Part shown: positions 49,190 through 59,880 of the stretch, piece after piece
How positions within the stretch are numbered: position 1 is the stretch's first letter
Layout: each line of letters starts with the position of its first letter
Source: a bacterium
GTDB lineage: Bacteria > UBA8248
Direction: 5' to 3'
Assembly (NCBI GenBank): GCA_965221165.1
Contig: CBDCRP010000003.1
Span: 1,952,001 to 2,016,000 of the forward strand
Length of the DNA: 64,000 bases
The notes under the pieces: model-generated
The model's input: the letters and a program-made list of their open reading frames with translations, nothing else
The model's database searches: none
What the model was told of the DNA's origin: nothing
Translations under genes and position numbers: made by a program

Positions 49190-50017
49190 TCAATGTGTTC
49201 TTTTCGCGTTTGGATGAAAGAGAGGTTTTCCCTTAAGGCGAAAATCATGGATGATTCTTTGCCCCTCGGCAGATGTGAGAAAATCGATATATTTCAGCGC
49301 CAAGTTAAACTTCACATGCGAATGGCGCTTTGGGTTCACGGCAATTACACTATAGGGGTTGTGTAAACGTTTTCCTCTAGGACCTTGAATCTTGAGGGAA
49401 ATCTTTCCGTTCTCAACAAGAGCGATGTACGTGCCTCTGTCCGTAAGCGTGTATCCATTTTTTTCATCCGCCGCCATCAAAGTTCTACCCATTCCCTGGC
49501 CCAAAGCGCGATACCAGGGGCCAAACACGCCCACGCCGGCACCCTTCCAAAGATACATTTCCTTTTTGTGCGTCCCAGAATCATCCCCTCGGCTGAACCA
49601 AAAACTTTTCGAATTCTTTATTCTAAGCAACGCCTCGGACACATTGAATGTTCTTAATACCCCGGCAAAATCCGATGCCGGGCCTACAATCACAAAATCG
49701 TTATACATGACAGCTCTTCTGTGAACGCCATAGCCTCGCTCCATAAATAAATCTTCCGCTTTTTTCGCATGGACAAGCACAACGTCCACATCCCCATTTT
49801 GGCCCAAGCGCAACGCCTTTCCAGTGCCTACGGATATCGTATGCACGAAAACACCATGCTTTTTCTCAAATACCGGATGCAATTGTTTGAGTAAGCCAGA
49901 ATTCTCCGTGCTCGTCGTAGTCGCAAGTTTCAATCGCTCCAAAGCGAGGGAATTCGTCCAAAATCCCAAAACCAACAAACCCGCCAGGGATAACCACAGG
50001 AGAACACACCTCATCAT
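49190..50017 (-). CDS. tupA: Tungstate-binding periplasmic protein
   Basis: ATTTSTENSGLL, GTGKAL, SRGDDSGTH, GQGMG, TDRGT. Confidence 0.92.
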   Translation of the reverse strand: MMRCVLLWLSLAGLLVLGFWTNSLALERLKLATTTSTENSGLLKQLHPVFEKKHGVFVHTISVGTGKALRLGQNGDVDVVLVHAKKAEDLFMERGYGVHRRAVMYNDFVIVGPASDFAGVLRTFNVSEALLRIKNSKSFWFSRGDDSGTHKKEMYLWKGAGVGVFGPWYRALGQGMGRTLMAADEKNGYTLTDRGTYIALVENGKISLKIQGPRGKRLHNPYSVIAVNPKRHSHVKFNLALKYIDFLTSAEGQRIIHDFRLKGKPLFHPNAKRTH

Positions 50018-50028
50018 TGGGATGTCCT

Positions 50029-50352
50029 TTATGTTCTTGGTTGTTCTGAAGCTCCGAAAGGAGGCGCGGAATCCAACACTTTGAGGTCGATTTCTTGCGA
50101 GAATGCCTCGAGAAGAGCTTTCATCTCAACTTTCGTATCAGTAGTTGAAGTCAGCCGCGCAAGCGACATGGGTTGGCCATGTTCGTTTTTCTCAATACAA
50201 GCATGAAAAGTTTGGTAGTAGCCTAAATCGCCATAACCTTCCAGTATCGCTTGTAAATAATTTTGCTCTGATGTCGGTACATGCAACCACCAGATGAGAG
50301 AGCCCTCGCATGGCTCAGGGTTGGGCCTCTCACCTTTTCGATGGGGGTTCAT
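50029..50352 (-). CDS. Hypothetical protein (DUF4911-like)
   Basis: YLQAILEGY motif; tight operon spacing. Confidence 0.55.
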   Translation of the reverse strand: MNPHRKGERPNPEPCEGSLIWWLHVPTSEQNYLQAILEGYGDLGYYQTFHACIEKNEHGQPMSLARLTSTTDTKVEMKALLEAFSQEIDLKVLDSAPPFGASEQPRT

Positions 50353-50753
50353 TTGTCCGGATAAATTCGGTCTGCCGCCCGTTGGACTATCATGGGCATT
50401 TCTCTCACAAATAACGAACGAGGCATCACTCGGTCAAAACCCGCCCGCTCCGCCGACTTGAGCAACTCCGGCTCAGTATGCTTGCCCCAAGCGATGGAGT
50501 ACACATCTTTGTTTTTTTCACTGGCTTTTAGTTTTTTGACAAGTTCGCTTGCTCTTTCGCCACCTAGTTCGTGGTGATGCAAATCCAACATGAATAATAC
50601 GGAGTGAAATTTTTTGAGCGCTTCATCAAATTTTTCCTCTGAATCGATAAATTCCAACATAACCCCTTGCGAAGCCCCCGCTTCCCGAATGCCAGCGGAG
50701 AACATCAAATCAGAGCAAACGACAAAAATTCTTTTCGCTTCTTCTACCATCAT
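50349..50753 (-). CDS. Atypical stand-alone receiver-domain protein
   Basis: FMLDL, AERAGFDRVMPRS; lacks the canonical acidic pair and Lys. Confidence 0.65.
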   Translation of the reverse strand: MMVEEAKRIFVVCSDLMFSAGIREAGASQGVMLEFIDSEEKFDEALKKFHSVLFMLDLHHHELGGERASELVKKLKASEKNKDVYSIAWGKHTEPELLKSAERAGFDRVMPRSLFVREMPMIVQRAADRIYPDK

Positions 50754-51145
50754 TAACCGTTTTTATTCTCATGCAAAAATTCATTTTTAGACTCGCCCAG
50801 ATAGCCGGGTAAATAGTCGATGCGTCCCGAAGATAAAATTTCAATGTATTTCGCACCTTCAGGTCCCACGCCTGTTGCGCTATGGAACACCCCGCCCGGG
50901 ATGGAGGCGAATCCACCAGGCTCCAGCCATTTTTCTACACCATTGATGTGCATTTTCAATTTGCCCTCTAGTACAACGATAAACTGATCCTCAGGGTGCC
51001 GATGAATCGTTCGCTCATCAAATATCGTGCCAGGGGCTATCTCGCCACGCTGCATCGTCAACCCATCCAACGCAGCCACTCGACGCATGGTGCCTTTACG
51101 AAGATTTTGATTTTCAGGAATGTCTTCCCAACGATGAAAACCCAA
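50753..51145 (-). CDS. Cupin domain protein
   Basis: HRHPEDQ..LEG..IPGGVFH. Confidence 0.85.
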   Translation of the reverse strand: MGFHRWEDIPENQNLRKGTMRRVAALDGLTMQRGEIAPGTIFDERTIHRHPEDQFIVVLEGKLKMHINGVEKWLEPGGFASIPGGVFHSATGVGPEGAKYIEILSSGRIDYLPGYLGESKNEFLHENKNG

Positions 51146-51208
51146 TTTTCTGTCCCTTGCTTATCAGTCCCATGGACGGCAGACGCGCAACTGGTGAGGG
51201 AAAAATCG

Positions 51209-52615
51209 CTAGACTTCCACTTTCTCGCCTAAGAGCTCGATAAGGCCATGGATATTTTCGAGCGTATCGATTTTATAGAGCATCGCCTCAATCATGGCGA
51301 TTTGATCGCTCTCGTACACCAAACTGCCACATTCCGTGAATTTCTCGAAAAGCTCCTCACGATCCATGGGACGCTGAGGAGTGCCACGGGAGATTTCTGA
51401 CATTTTCTCATACACCGCACCGTCTTCGAGCTCTATCGCCACCTTACCGCGGATGAGAGCGTAACCTTGGGCCTCGATTTCATCGTCCTTGAAAGCATTG
51501 ATCTTCTTCATCATCTCCACGACATCGGGACGCCTGACGACTTCGTCTTTGTATTGAGCGATGCCGGCTGCTCGCTCTAACAACAAGACGGCAAAACCAA
51601 ATTGCAAAGAAAATTTCGCTTCCAGTTCGTTTTGTGGTTCTTTGTAGCGCAGAGGCTCCAACACCCGCGAGGTGGTGCCGAAACGCAACTCTTTCACCTG
51701 GTCAGGTTTGATGTCGTTTTCTAAAATCAGGTCCCTGGCAGCGTCCATGGCGGGGTGAGAAAGGGAACCACAAGGGTAAGGTTTAATTGACACCCCCGGA
51801 TCCACCGCCGACCAGGCGTTACCGAGTTTTCCAACGATATAATCTTGATCACAGCCACCACCCATGATCTGGAAAAACCCCCATTGCCCATCGAATATCG
51901 TTGGATCCGAAGAGTAGCCGCCCGAGGCCAATCTTGCCGCCACAACGCCGTTTTCCGCCGCGCGGCCACAGTGGTATGGCTTTGTCATCGTTCCAAAATT
52001 CGCACGAAGTCCAGCGCTTTCTGAACAAACGATGCCGTAGCACATGCGCAACTGGTGCTCATCCAATCGCATCAACTTCGCCGCGGCAGTCGCCGCTCCA
52101 ATGGCGCCGATGGTGCCCGTGGAATGAAATCCTTTTATATAATGATCCGGCCGAATCGCCTCCGCCACCTTACATTCCACTTCGAAACCCAGTGCAAATG
52201 CGGTAAGCAACTCCTGCCCCGTTGAGCCCAGCGCTTCGGAAAGGGCGAGTGCAGCGGGCATCACTGGACATGTAGGGTGAGTCAACAAGCCATACACACG
52301 ATCCGGATAGCTGCTCAACTGGGTATCGTCATAATCCATTGCATGTCCCGCAATGCCATTGGACAAAGCGGCAAGATGCGCAGGCACCGTCATGTCGGTT
52401 CCTATTACCCGTGCCTCTGGTTCTCCTCCGATTTCCCTGAGGTAGTTTTGAATAATATGGCCACTCTCCTCTGTGGAACCCGCAACCATCAAACCAACAC
52501 CATCCACGAAACAGCGGCGCATGATTACCCTTACATCTTCAGGAATGTCTTCATATTCCGTCTCCAAGACAAACTCAATGATAGCATCTGTGATGAGAGA
52601 ATCTGAATCAGTCAT
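51209..52615 (-). CDS. MmgE/PrpD family protein
   Basis: HAMDYDD, HP, GFHSTG, KPYHCG, KPYPC, AKFS. Confidence 0.92.
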   Translation of the reverse strand: MTDSDSLITDAIIEFVLETEYEDIPEDVRVIMRRCFVDGVGLMVAGSTEESGHIIQNYLREIGGEPEARVIGTDMTVPAHLAALSNGIAGHAMDYDDTQLSSYPDRVYGLLTHPTCPVMPAALALSEALGSTGQELLTAFALGFEVECKVAEAIRPDHYIKGFHSTGTIGAIGAATAAAKLMRLDEHQLRMCYGIVCSESAGLRANFGTMTKPYHCGRAAENGVVAARLASGGYSSDPTIFDGQWGFFQIMGGGCDQDYIVGKLGNAWSAVDPGVSIKPYPCGSLSHPAMDAARDLILENDIKPDQVKELRFGTTSRVLEPLRYKEPQNELEAKFSLQFGFAVLLLERAAGIAQYKDEVVRRPDVVEMMKKINAFKDDEIEAQGYALIRGKVAIELEDGAVYEKMSEISRGTPQRPMDREELFEKFTECGSLVYESDQIAMIEAMLYKIDTLENIHGLIELLGEKVEV

Positions 52616-52649
52616 AACCTCACCTTTCTGAAAAATCCTTGGCAATTGA

Positions 52650-52844
52650 TCAATTTTTTTGTCGTCCCGTTTCTTTGGACGTAGGATTCGGTGGAGCCGT
52701 TATTAATTTCAGCCGGGGTTTAGGACAAAAATATCCGGTTAATTTTGGAAAAATCAACGTATTCGAGCAAATCCCATTTAGCGCAAAAATTAAAGACCCC
52801 GACAAAACCAATGCGCCCACCAACCAAATCACACCACGGCTCAT
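52650..52844 (-). CDS. Possible small exported protein
   Basis: 64 aa with hydrophobic N-terminus, directly upstream of and co-oriented with the prpD-like gene. Confidence 0.35.
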   Translation of the reverse strand: MSRGVIWLVGALVLSGSLIFALNGICSNTLIFPKLTGYFCPKPRLKLITAPPNPTSKETGRQKN

Positions 52845-53301
52845 GATGAATTCCCCGAAACCTCCGGTTTCCTTACGCGAAACGGATGCAGATTAAGGAG
52901 CCAGATCGGACTCTGGTTCAAATAAACAAAAACGAGTCGTCTCGCCCGGCGACCCGCGATTCGAACCAATTGACAGGGAGATGATTTTCGCCCACCGCGT
53001 TATCAATAACCCAAAGTAGAAACCTCAACCACGAAACCTAACAAAAAGAATACCAATCGGCAAGAAAAAATCACATTTTTCTCTATTTCTATTTTACTTA
53101 TCCTTATAAGGCATGGAATAATAAGGTATAGAAAGGGGGTAGGAGAACGCATGTCCCAAATCACACTTTATTCGCCAGGAGTGCCGATATCGATTTAACC
53201 GGAGCCCTTATTTTTTATCCGCGCTTGTGATTTTTTGCGCAAGCAAGGCAAGCGCCCAATGTACGGACGACAAGAAGCGTAGTATTGTGACATTTCCATA
53301 A

Positions 53302-54426
53302 ATGGAGCTTGAAATGATTTTAGATATTGAAGCCGGTGACATCCTTCCAGCAAAAGATGCCATCGCTTTAATGGACCAAACAGACCTCGGGCCTTCCATC
53401 GATGTTCCTGAAATCCCCGAAAACGCACACCCCGAGAACATCACGGAAGAGGAGAGGGAATTTCTGCAAAATGAGGTCAAGCGACTCAAAAAAGAGAAAA
53501 ATGCACTCATCCTGGCCCATAATTATGTGCCCGAAGATATTCAGGATGTATCTGATATCATAGGTGATTCATTGTTTTTAGCCCAACAAGGCGCCGCCTC
53601 GAACGCAGATTACCTCGTCGAACCATCCGTATTGTTCATGAATCAAATTTTGGCAGCGCTCAAAAAACCGCATCAGACTGTTTTGGCCCCTAGCCTCAAG
53701 GCGCTTTGCTCTTTGGCCGCTCATGCCGATGCCGATAAAATTCGGGAATGGAAAAAAGCGCATCCTGACGGAATTGTCATCAGCTATGTGAATACCTACC
53801 TGGAGGTAAAAGCGGAGAGCGATTACTGTTGCGCGTCCGCCAACGCGGGCAAAGTCACCCTTCACATCCTTGAAAACTCCAAGCCCGAGCAACCTATACT
53901 GTTTTTGCCCGATGTATTCTTGGGTTTCTACGCGGCCAAGCTCTTGGAGAGCAAAGGGCATTCCTTGGATCGTCTTCATCTCATGATGGGCGCGTGTCAT
54001 GTACATGAGAGGATTCGCCCGCATCATGTCGTGGAGCAGCAACAATTACATCCCGAGGCCATTACCGTGGTTCACCCCGAGTGCGGATGCACCAGCGCCT
54101 GCATGCGTCAAGTGAACGATGGCATCGTACCTGAGAACATGCTCCAGTTCCGATCAACCCAAGGCATGATCAAGTTGGTAGAGGAAGTCCCACATCCCGA
54201 AGTCATCGTGGCCACCGAGGTCGGAAACCTCCATCCCATGGCCAAAGCGGTTCCGGATAAAGTCCTAATTCCCGCGAGCCGAGAAGCTCTTTGCGCCTAC
54301 ATGAAACAGAACACATTACAAAACCTGTATGAATGCCTACGCGATCTAAAACATGAAATCACTGTGGACCCGGAACTGGCTCGGCGCGCGCGAATACCCA
54401 TCGAGCGTATGCTTGAAATCGTATAA
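53302..54426 (+). CDS. nadA: Quinolinate synthase
   Basis: LAHNY, GDS, CSLA, YVNT, CHVH, HPEC, TE, CAYMK. Confidence 0.93.
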   Translation: MELEMILDIEAGDILPAKDAIALMDQTDLGPSIDVPEIPENAHPENITEEEREFLQNEVKRLKKEKNALILAHNYVPEDIQDVSDIIGDSLFLAQQGAASNADYLVEPSVLFMNQILAALKKPHQTVLAPSLKALCSLAAHADADKIREWKKAHPDGIVISYVNTYLEVKAESDYCCASANAGKVTLHILENSKPEQPILFLPDVFLGFYAAKLLESKGHSLDRLHLMMGACHVHERIRPHHVVEQQQLHPEAITVVHPECGCTSACMRQVNDGIVPENMLQFRSTQGMIKLVEEVPHPEVIVATEVGNLHPMAKAVPDKVLIPASREALCAYMKQNTLQNLYECLRDLKHEITVDPELARRARIPIERMLEIV

Positions 54427-54449
54427 CCTAAACAAATATCATTTGGCGT

Positions 54450-55334
54450 ATGGACATCCGTTCTAAAATTCGTGAGTGGCTCCTAGAAGACTTTGGAGGC
54501 GCGCCTCTCCAGTACGAAGCCGAAAATGAACCTTTATGCGTGGCTGAGTTACGCTCGAAAACCGATGCTATTCTCGCTGGTTCCCCATTCTTCGTTCATA
54601 TATTGGAAGAAGCCCAAAACCTTTTGGCTCTTGGGAAAAATCAATCACCCGAAGTCAACTGGCAAAAAAATGAAGGCTCTAGAGTTTCCAAAGGTGAGTT
54701 ATTGGCATACGTTTCCGGGCACACACAGACCATTTTGAAGGCGGAACGCACCGCTCTCAATCTCATTTCTCATATCTCTGAAATCGCCACGCATACGGCC
54801 CATACATTGGCTCGGTTCGGAGATTTTCCCAAAACCCTCAAGGGGATTATCGATACCAGAAAGAACCGGCCGGGCTTGCGTTATTTTGAAAAATACGCGG
54901 TTCGCACAGGTGGTGGTCAGAATCACCGCCTCGGTTTTTTCGACGGCGAAATGATAAAGGACAACGACATTGTAGCTGCCGGTTCCATACCCGCCGCCAT
55001 CGATAGACAATTCGGCAACCGCTACATGACGGAAACTCAAATCGAAGTGCAAAACCTAACGCAGCTAGCAGAAGTCATCGAAGACGGGCGAGTACACATG
55101 ATTCTGCTTGATAATATGGACATCGAAACACTCCAAAAAGCCGTTTCCCGCGCGCGGGAAGTTGGCACCACTTCGAAAACACAAAAACCCTATGAACTCG
55201 AGGCCTCCGGCATTGGTGACGCCAACATGAGGAGCCTCGCGGAGACGGGGGTGGACTATATTTCCACCAGTTCACTCGTCCGGTCCGCCCCTCCACTTGA
55301 CTTTCATATGAAGATCACAAAAGTAGATTCATGA
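54450..55334 (+). CDS. nadC: Nicotinate-nucleotide pyrophosphorylase (carboxylating)
   Basis: ERTALN, DTRK, NHRLG, KDN, LLDNM, EASG, GVDYIS. Confidence 0.92.
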   Translation: MDIRSKIREWLLEDFGGAPLQYEAENEPLCVAELRSKTDAILAGSPFFVHILEEAQNLLALGKNQSPEVNWQKNEGSRVSKGELLAYVSGHTQTILKAERTALNLISHISEIATHTAHTLARFGDFPKTLKGIIDTRKNRPGLRYFEKYAVRTGGGQNHRLGFFDGEMIKDNDIVAAGSIPAAIDRQFGNRYMTETQIEVQNLTQLAEVIEDGRVHMILLDNMDIETLQKAVSRAREVGTTSKTQKPYELEASGIGDANMRSLAETGVDYISTSSLVRSAPPLDFHMKITKVDS

Positions 55335-55412
55335 TATCTTTAAAGGATCGTTTTTGCCTATTTGATCCTGAAATGTTGTTTTTTCAATTTCAATCACTTC
55401 CGAGGAAAAGCT

Positions 55413-55937
55413 ATGTCTTTAGAAGTCGATTCTAAAAGCGTGGACTATTTCAAGGCTTCCGATGGTCGCATCATCGCCATCCACATCAAAGGGGACTTCA
55501 ACGATTACGCCAAATTCCCTCCTTATCTGGGTAGTGATGAGGCTAAAGAACATATTCGCACCGCATACGCCGGCCAAGACATCGAAGCGGAGCGCAACAC
55601 CAAAGCCCACATGACAGATGATGACGTACCCCTTCAAATCATCGTTTTGAACAGGCCCAAAGGCGCCATCACCAAAGCGCATTATCACGTGGTGGAAGAG
55701 AGAACCACGAATACCACGCGGCACCAGATTCTCTTGTGCCAGCGTGGCAAGGTTCGGGTTGGCGTATTTACCAAGGAGGGGGAAGCCTTAGGCGATGCGA
55801 TTTTGCATCGTGATGATCTCATTTTGATGTACGAGGGACATGAGGTTGAATTTTTAGAAGATGATTCAAAACTCATCGAAATCAAAGAAGGTCCTTTTCC
55901 AGAAACAGACGAGAGGGACAAGGTCGATTTGAAATAA
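55413..55937 (+). CDS. Cupin-fold hypothetical protein
   Basis: AHYH..GKVRV..GHEV..EIKEGPF pattern. Confidence 0.65.
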   Translation: MSLEVDSKSVDYFKASDGRIIAIHIKGDFNDYAKFPPYLGSDEAKEHIRTAYAGQDIEAERNTKAHMTDDDVPLQIIVLNRPKGAITKAHYHVVEERTTNTTRHQILLCQRGKVRVGVFTKEGEALGDAILHRDDLILMYEGHEVEFLEDDSKLIEIKEGPFPETDERDKVDLK

Positions 55938-56127
55938 AGAGATCTACATTGCTCTTTTCCTGGGTTGTTATTATAGAATTCCACGATCGAGCAGTGTAGG
56001 ACCGTATGGAAACTAACACTCGGCCGCAAGCATAACGAAAAATCTTGACTCTGGATCATTGTGGCGCAAAACACCTTAAAAGCATGAGATGGACAACATT
56101 AAAATTTAGCCTTCCTGGAGAAACACT

Positions 56128-57144
56128 ATGAAACTTTGCACCTTTGAGGTACGAACACCCCTCGGCCCATTCGAACGTTTAGGCGCTGTTGTATCGAAAG
56201 ACGATGATTTCAGATACGTCGATCTCAATTTCGCGGCGGCGTCGGAGTTCAAACAGCGTGGTTCTTTACGCCCACAAGACATGGCGGACGCTCTTATCCC
56301 ATCAGAAATGCTCGCTCTTGCAGCATCGGGCCAAGGCGGTATCGAAGCCGCCGAAGAAGCGCTCGAATACGCACTCGAACATGAAGACATTACCGGCCCT
56401 CGCGGGGAGCAAATCATATATGCGGCAAGGGAAGCCCGGCTTCTCGCACCGATAAAACAACCCCCACTCATTCGTGGCTTTGCCGGATTCGAGCGCCACC
56501 TCAAAAAAACATTTGAAGTAATGAACCTTGAAATTCCACAAACTTGGTATGAGCGCCCTCTTGCCTTCAAGGCCAGTTGCGCCCATATGGCCGGACCCGA
56601 AGAAGAAGTTCCCTGGCCCAGTTTTACTGATAAAATGGATTTTGAACTCGAATTCTGCTGCGTGGTTGGTGTGCCGGGGCGGGATATTTCAGAAGAAAAT
56701 GCACATAAACATATCTTTGGTTATGCGATATTAAACGACTGGAGCGCCCGGGACGCTCAAGGGGGCGAAATGGCAATGGGAACCGGACCATACAAAAGCA
56801 AGGACTGGTGCTGGAGTTTTGGCCCCTGGATAGCCACACCCGATGAGATCGGAGATCCAAAAAACATTCCCATGGCCGCGAGAGTCAATGGAGAAACATG
56901 GGTGGAAACCACGCCTGGAGAAATGTATTGGACTTTCTCTCAAATAATCGCCTACACCGCCAGGGACGAGAATCTCCTAACGGGAGATCTAATGGGATCA
57001 GGTACCGTTCCCGGAGGATGCGGCATGGAAATAGACCGCTGGATTCAACCAGGGGATATCGTGGAAATCGATATGGGCCCCCTGGGAGTCATGAGAAACA
57101 AGGTTGGCGAAAAACCCGAGCCCAAACCTTACACGTACAAATAA
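56128..57144 (+). CDS. Fumarylacetoacetate hydrolase family protein
   Basis: DFELE, NDWSARD, KSKD, GPW, GSGT. Confidence 0.92.
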   Translation: MKLCTFEVRTPLGPFERLGAVVSKDDDFRYVDLNFAAASEFKQRGSLRPQDMADALIPSEMLALAASGQGGIEAAEEALEYALEHEDITGPRGEQIIYAAREARLLAPIKQPPLIRGFAGFERHLKKTFEVMNLEIPQTWYERPLAFKASCAHMAGPEEEVPWPSFTDKMDFELEFCCVVGVPGRDISEENAHKHIFGYAILNDWSARDAQGGEMAMGTGPYKSKDWCWSFGPWIATPDEIGDPKNIPMAARVNGETWVETTPGEMYWTFSQIIAYTARDENLLTGDLMGSGTVPGGCGMEIDRWIQPGDIVEIDMGPLGVMRNKVGEKPEPKPYTYK

Positions 57145-57146
57145 TT

Positions 57147-59543
57147 TTACGATTCTTTTTCCTGGTCGATTTCCTGTGGATTCATAAGGTGAACGACTCT
57201 TTGCGGGAAGGGTATCTCGATGCCTTCCTCTCGAAGCCGACGCTCGATCTTAAATCTCAAATCACTCGCAACCCTCAATCGACTCATCACATCCGGAGTG
57301 TAGCAGCGTAGTTCAAAATCCAGGCTGCTTGAACCGAAATCACGAAAAATAACATTGGGTTCAGGAAAATCGCTCACCTGTTCATTCTTCTCGGCGACAT
57401 CCAATAAAATTTCTCGAACTTTTTGCACGTTGGAGCCATACGCCACACCAACTCCCACTTCCACGCGACCATACTGATCCCGATGCGTCAGATTGGTGAC
57501 CGATGTCGAAATAATCTCCGCGTTCGGGATGATCACCGAAGCGCGCTGCCAGGTTTCAAGCTCCGTCGCTCGAAACTGTATTCTTTTCACAATTCCCTCA
57601 TCGTTTCCCACGCGAACCCAATCCCCGACTTTGATAGGCCTTTCAACCAAAAGTATCAACCCGGAAACAAAGTTATTCACCACATTTTGTAGCCCAAAAC
57701 CGATCCCGACCGAGAGAGCACTGGCAACCAGCGCGAGGTTCGAGAGATCTATTCCTGTTACGGAGATGCTCAACAAAGCCGCAACAATCACACCTGCATA
57801 GCCAAATCCCGCGTTTAGAGAGTGGCTTATACCGGAAGGCAGATTCGTCCGTTCAAGCAGCCTCACAGACAATTGCCTTTGCAAAAACCTTGCTACCACC
57901 ATCGCGAGAAAAAATACGGTAATGGCCAGAAAAATATCGAGAATAGAGATGCGTATGTTCCCTAGTTGGAACCCTGATAGGATTTGTAGAGTCCAGCGAA
58001 TCAGATCATCGAACGGCACTCCCCAAATGGGCACGATGAGAATGATGCCGAAAATGAAAACTACCGGCTCGACAATGACCCGCTCCCAGGTGCGAAGCGT
58101 TTCGAACAGGCGCAAAGGAAGGTGCAACTTCTCTTGTATGAATTGAGATTGCGTCGACCAAGATACTAGTTCGTGTATGACCCTACGCAACAAAACCATT
58201 ACCCACAGCAGAAGGCCAGTCAGAACAAGGTTGGTGATGAGGCGCTTGCCGAATACACCATAACCGACAAACAATGCGACAATACCAACTACCGCAAGCA
58301 CTCTCGCAATGGGACGTATAAACCTCCACATCTTTCCTTGTTCCAGGGTTTCACCTTCTTGGGCCACTTCGGTTCGCCAAAGTTCTTCCCGCCCCAGCTT
58401 CACAAAAAACCAACCCTCCAGGATGCCAAACACCGCTGAATAGATAGATATTGCTTCAGTGGAGCCACTCTCCTCGCCCCTGAGATTTGAAAAAAACATG
58501 TCGATTGAGAAAACAGCCCACAGAATGAAAATCAAGCGATACGCGCTTTGCGCATTTTTTGAAGATTGTCCCGTGAGCCGCCAGGCCGGCTGATCGGGAG
58601 AGAGAAAAGACCTTGCAAACGCAACCACCAAACAAAAGGCCAAGATGGAAAGAAGAAAAGACGTGAGTGCTTCTGCAAACAGACCACTTACCAAAGCGCC
58701 CGGTCGGGTCACCCACAAATAAAGAGCAATTAAAACGGTCCCTGGCAAAATGCCATTGCCAATACCTTCTGCGACAGCGCCTCCAAACCGTCTCGGGTAT
58801 GAGGGTTCCAAGATGCTAGGGTCACGACCGAACATACCCAAAATGCTTCGTCTTATTCTCCGTCCTAATAATACGCCTAGAACCAAAATCACTGCCCCTG
58901 GCAACAACGCAGCGCTACCACCAACTCCAGGAGGCAGCTTTGCGCGCCAATCAAATGGAGAACGAAGAATTCGCCCGAGTTCAGCTATGATTTCTGGAAC
59001 ACCCTTTGTGAGGACGGCCGGTGCAATGGGGATCGGAGTTCGTCTAGACATATCCCCCAAAAGCCGCTCTAACTTCGCTCTGGACAAGGTTTCTTCTAGT
59101 TCCGTTGCACGAACAATCGCCAAGTCAGCTTCAGCAATTCGAGCTCGAGCGGTCGTGATTTGACGGTTGTACCTCTCTCTTTTATCGGCAATCTCCTTTG
59201 CTTCCGGCGGGCCGCCCTTTGTGGGCAGAGGGCCAATGGCCTTAAGTAGTTTTTCAGATAGGCGGAGGTTATTTTGGAATTTCGTTTTGGCATTATCCGC
59301 GCGTGTGCGGATTTGTCGCACTAATGACAAATATCCCTGAGTACGGCCAGGAATTTTTTCGCTGCCCACAACGTAAAGGGCCGCTTCTCGCAAAACGATC
59401 GCCCAATCTTTCGCCTCTGTTGTTTCGCTTGAAGCAATATTTGCGGCATGGACTACAGAAGAGAAAAAAAGCGAAATCACAAAAATGAAACGAAAGTAAC
59501 CCATTTTTTCGTTCATGAGTTTGTCGCCTTCAAAATCTTTCAT
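57147..59543 (-). CDS. Large MscS-family mechanosensitive channel (MscK-like)
   Basis: ALSVGIGFGLQN, ERPIKVGDW, IIPN, VGVAYGS, IEIPFPQR. Confidence 0.92.
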   Translation of the reverse strand: MKDFEGDKLMNEKMGYFRFIFVISLFFSSVVHAANIASSETTEAKDWAIVLREAALYVVGSEKIPGRTQGYLSLVRQIRTRADNAKTKFQNNLRLSEKLLKAIGPLPTKGGPPEAKEIADKRERYNRQITTARARIAEADLAIVRATELEETLSRAKLERLLGDMSRRTPIPIAPAVLTKGVPEIIAELGRILRSPFDWRAKLPPGVGGSAALLPGAVILVLGVLLGRRIRRSILGMFGRDPSILEPSYPRRFGGAVAEGIGNGILPGTVLIALYLWVTRPGALVSGLFAEALTSFLLSILAFCLVVAFARSFLSPDQPAWRLTGQSSKNAQSAYRLIFILWAVFSIDMFFSNLRGEESGSTEAISIYSAVFGILEGWFFVKLGREELWRTEVAQEGETLEQGKMWRFIRPIARVLAVVGIVALFVGYGVFGKRLITNLVLTGLLLWVMVLLRRVIHELVSWSTQSQFIQEKLHLPLRLFETLRTWERVIVEPVVFIFGIILIVPIWGVPFDDLIRWTLQILSGFQLGNIRISILDIFLAITVFFLAMVVARFLQRQLSVRLLERTNLPSGISHSLNAGFGYAGVIVAALLSISVTGIDLSNLALVASALSVGIGFGLQNVVNNFVSGLILLVERPIKVGDWVRVGNDEGIVKRIQFRATELETWQRASVIIPNAEIISTSVTNLTHRDQYGRVEVGVGVAYGSNVQKVREILLDVAEKNEQVSDFPEPNVIFRDFGSSSLDFELRCYTPDVMSRLRVASDLRFKIERRLREEGIEIPFPQRVVHLMNPQEIDQEKES

Positions 59544-59795
59544 CCCAGCTTTCGTTAAAGTGAAAAGCAGATTTAATGTCCTCCACTTCCACCATATATA
59601 CTACCGAGTTTTAACTCCATACGGTCATGAACGCCACCATCCATTTAAGACATCCTTGAATCAATCGCTTTTAATTGACGAAGTTTCTGTAGAATCATTT
59701 CGCAATCATACCTGCCTCTCGTCTCAGCAAGCCATACGGAAGGATATCTCCGCACGGGTGTGTCGAAGTTACACCTCATCGCGTAGAATCGCTGC

Positions 59796-59822
59796 AAAAG
59801 CCGACACAGGATTTGTCGGCTT
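59796..59822 (-). terminator. Probable intrinsic terminator after the MATE genes
   Basis: Stem AAGCCGACA/TGTCGGCTT with a short T tract on the minus strand. Confidence 0.5.
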
Positions 59823-59880
59823 ATTCATGCTCGTTTGTCGCTAAACCAGGTTTTCCATGCACTCCTGTTTTTCTCACCCA

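Noticed and set aside
52945-52970. GATTCGAACC T-loop-like word
   Set aside because: No flanking stems that would form a tRNA
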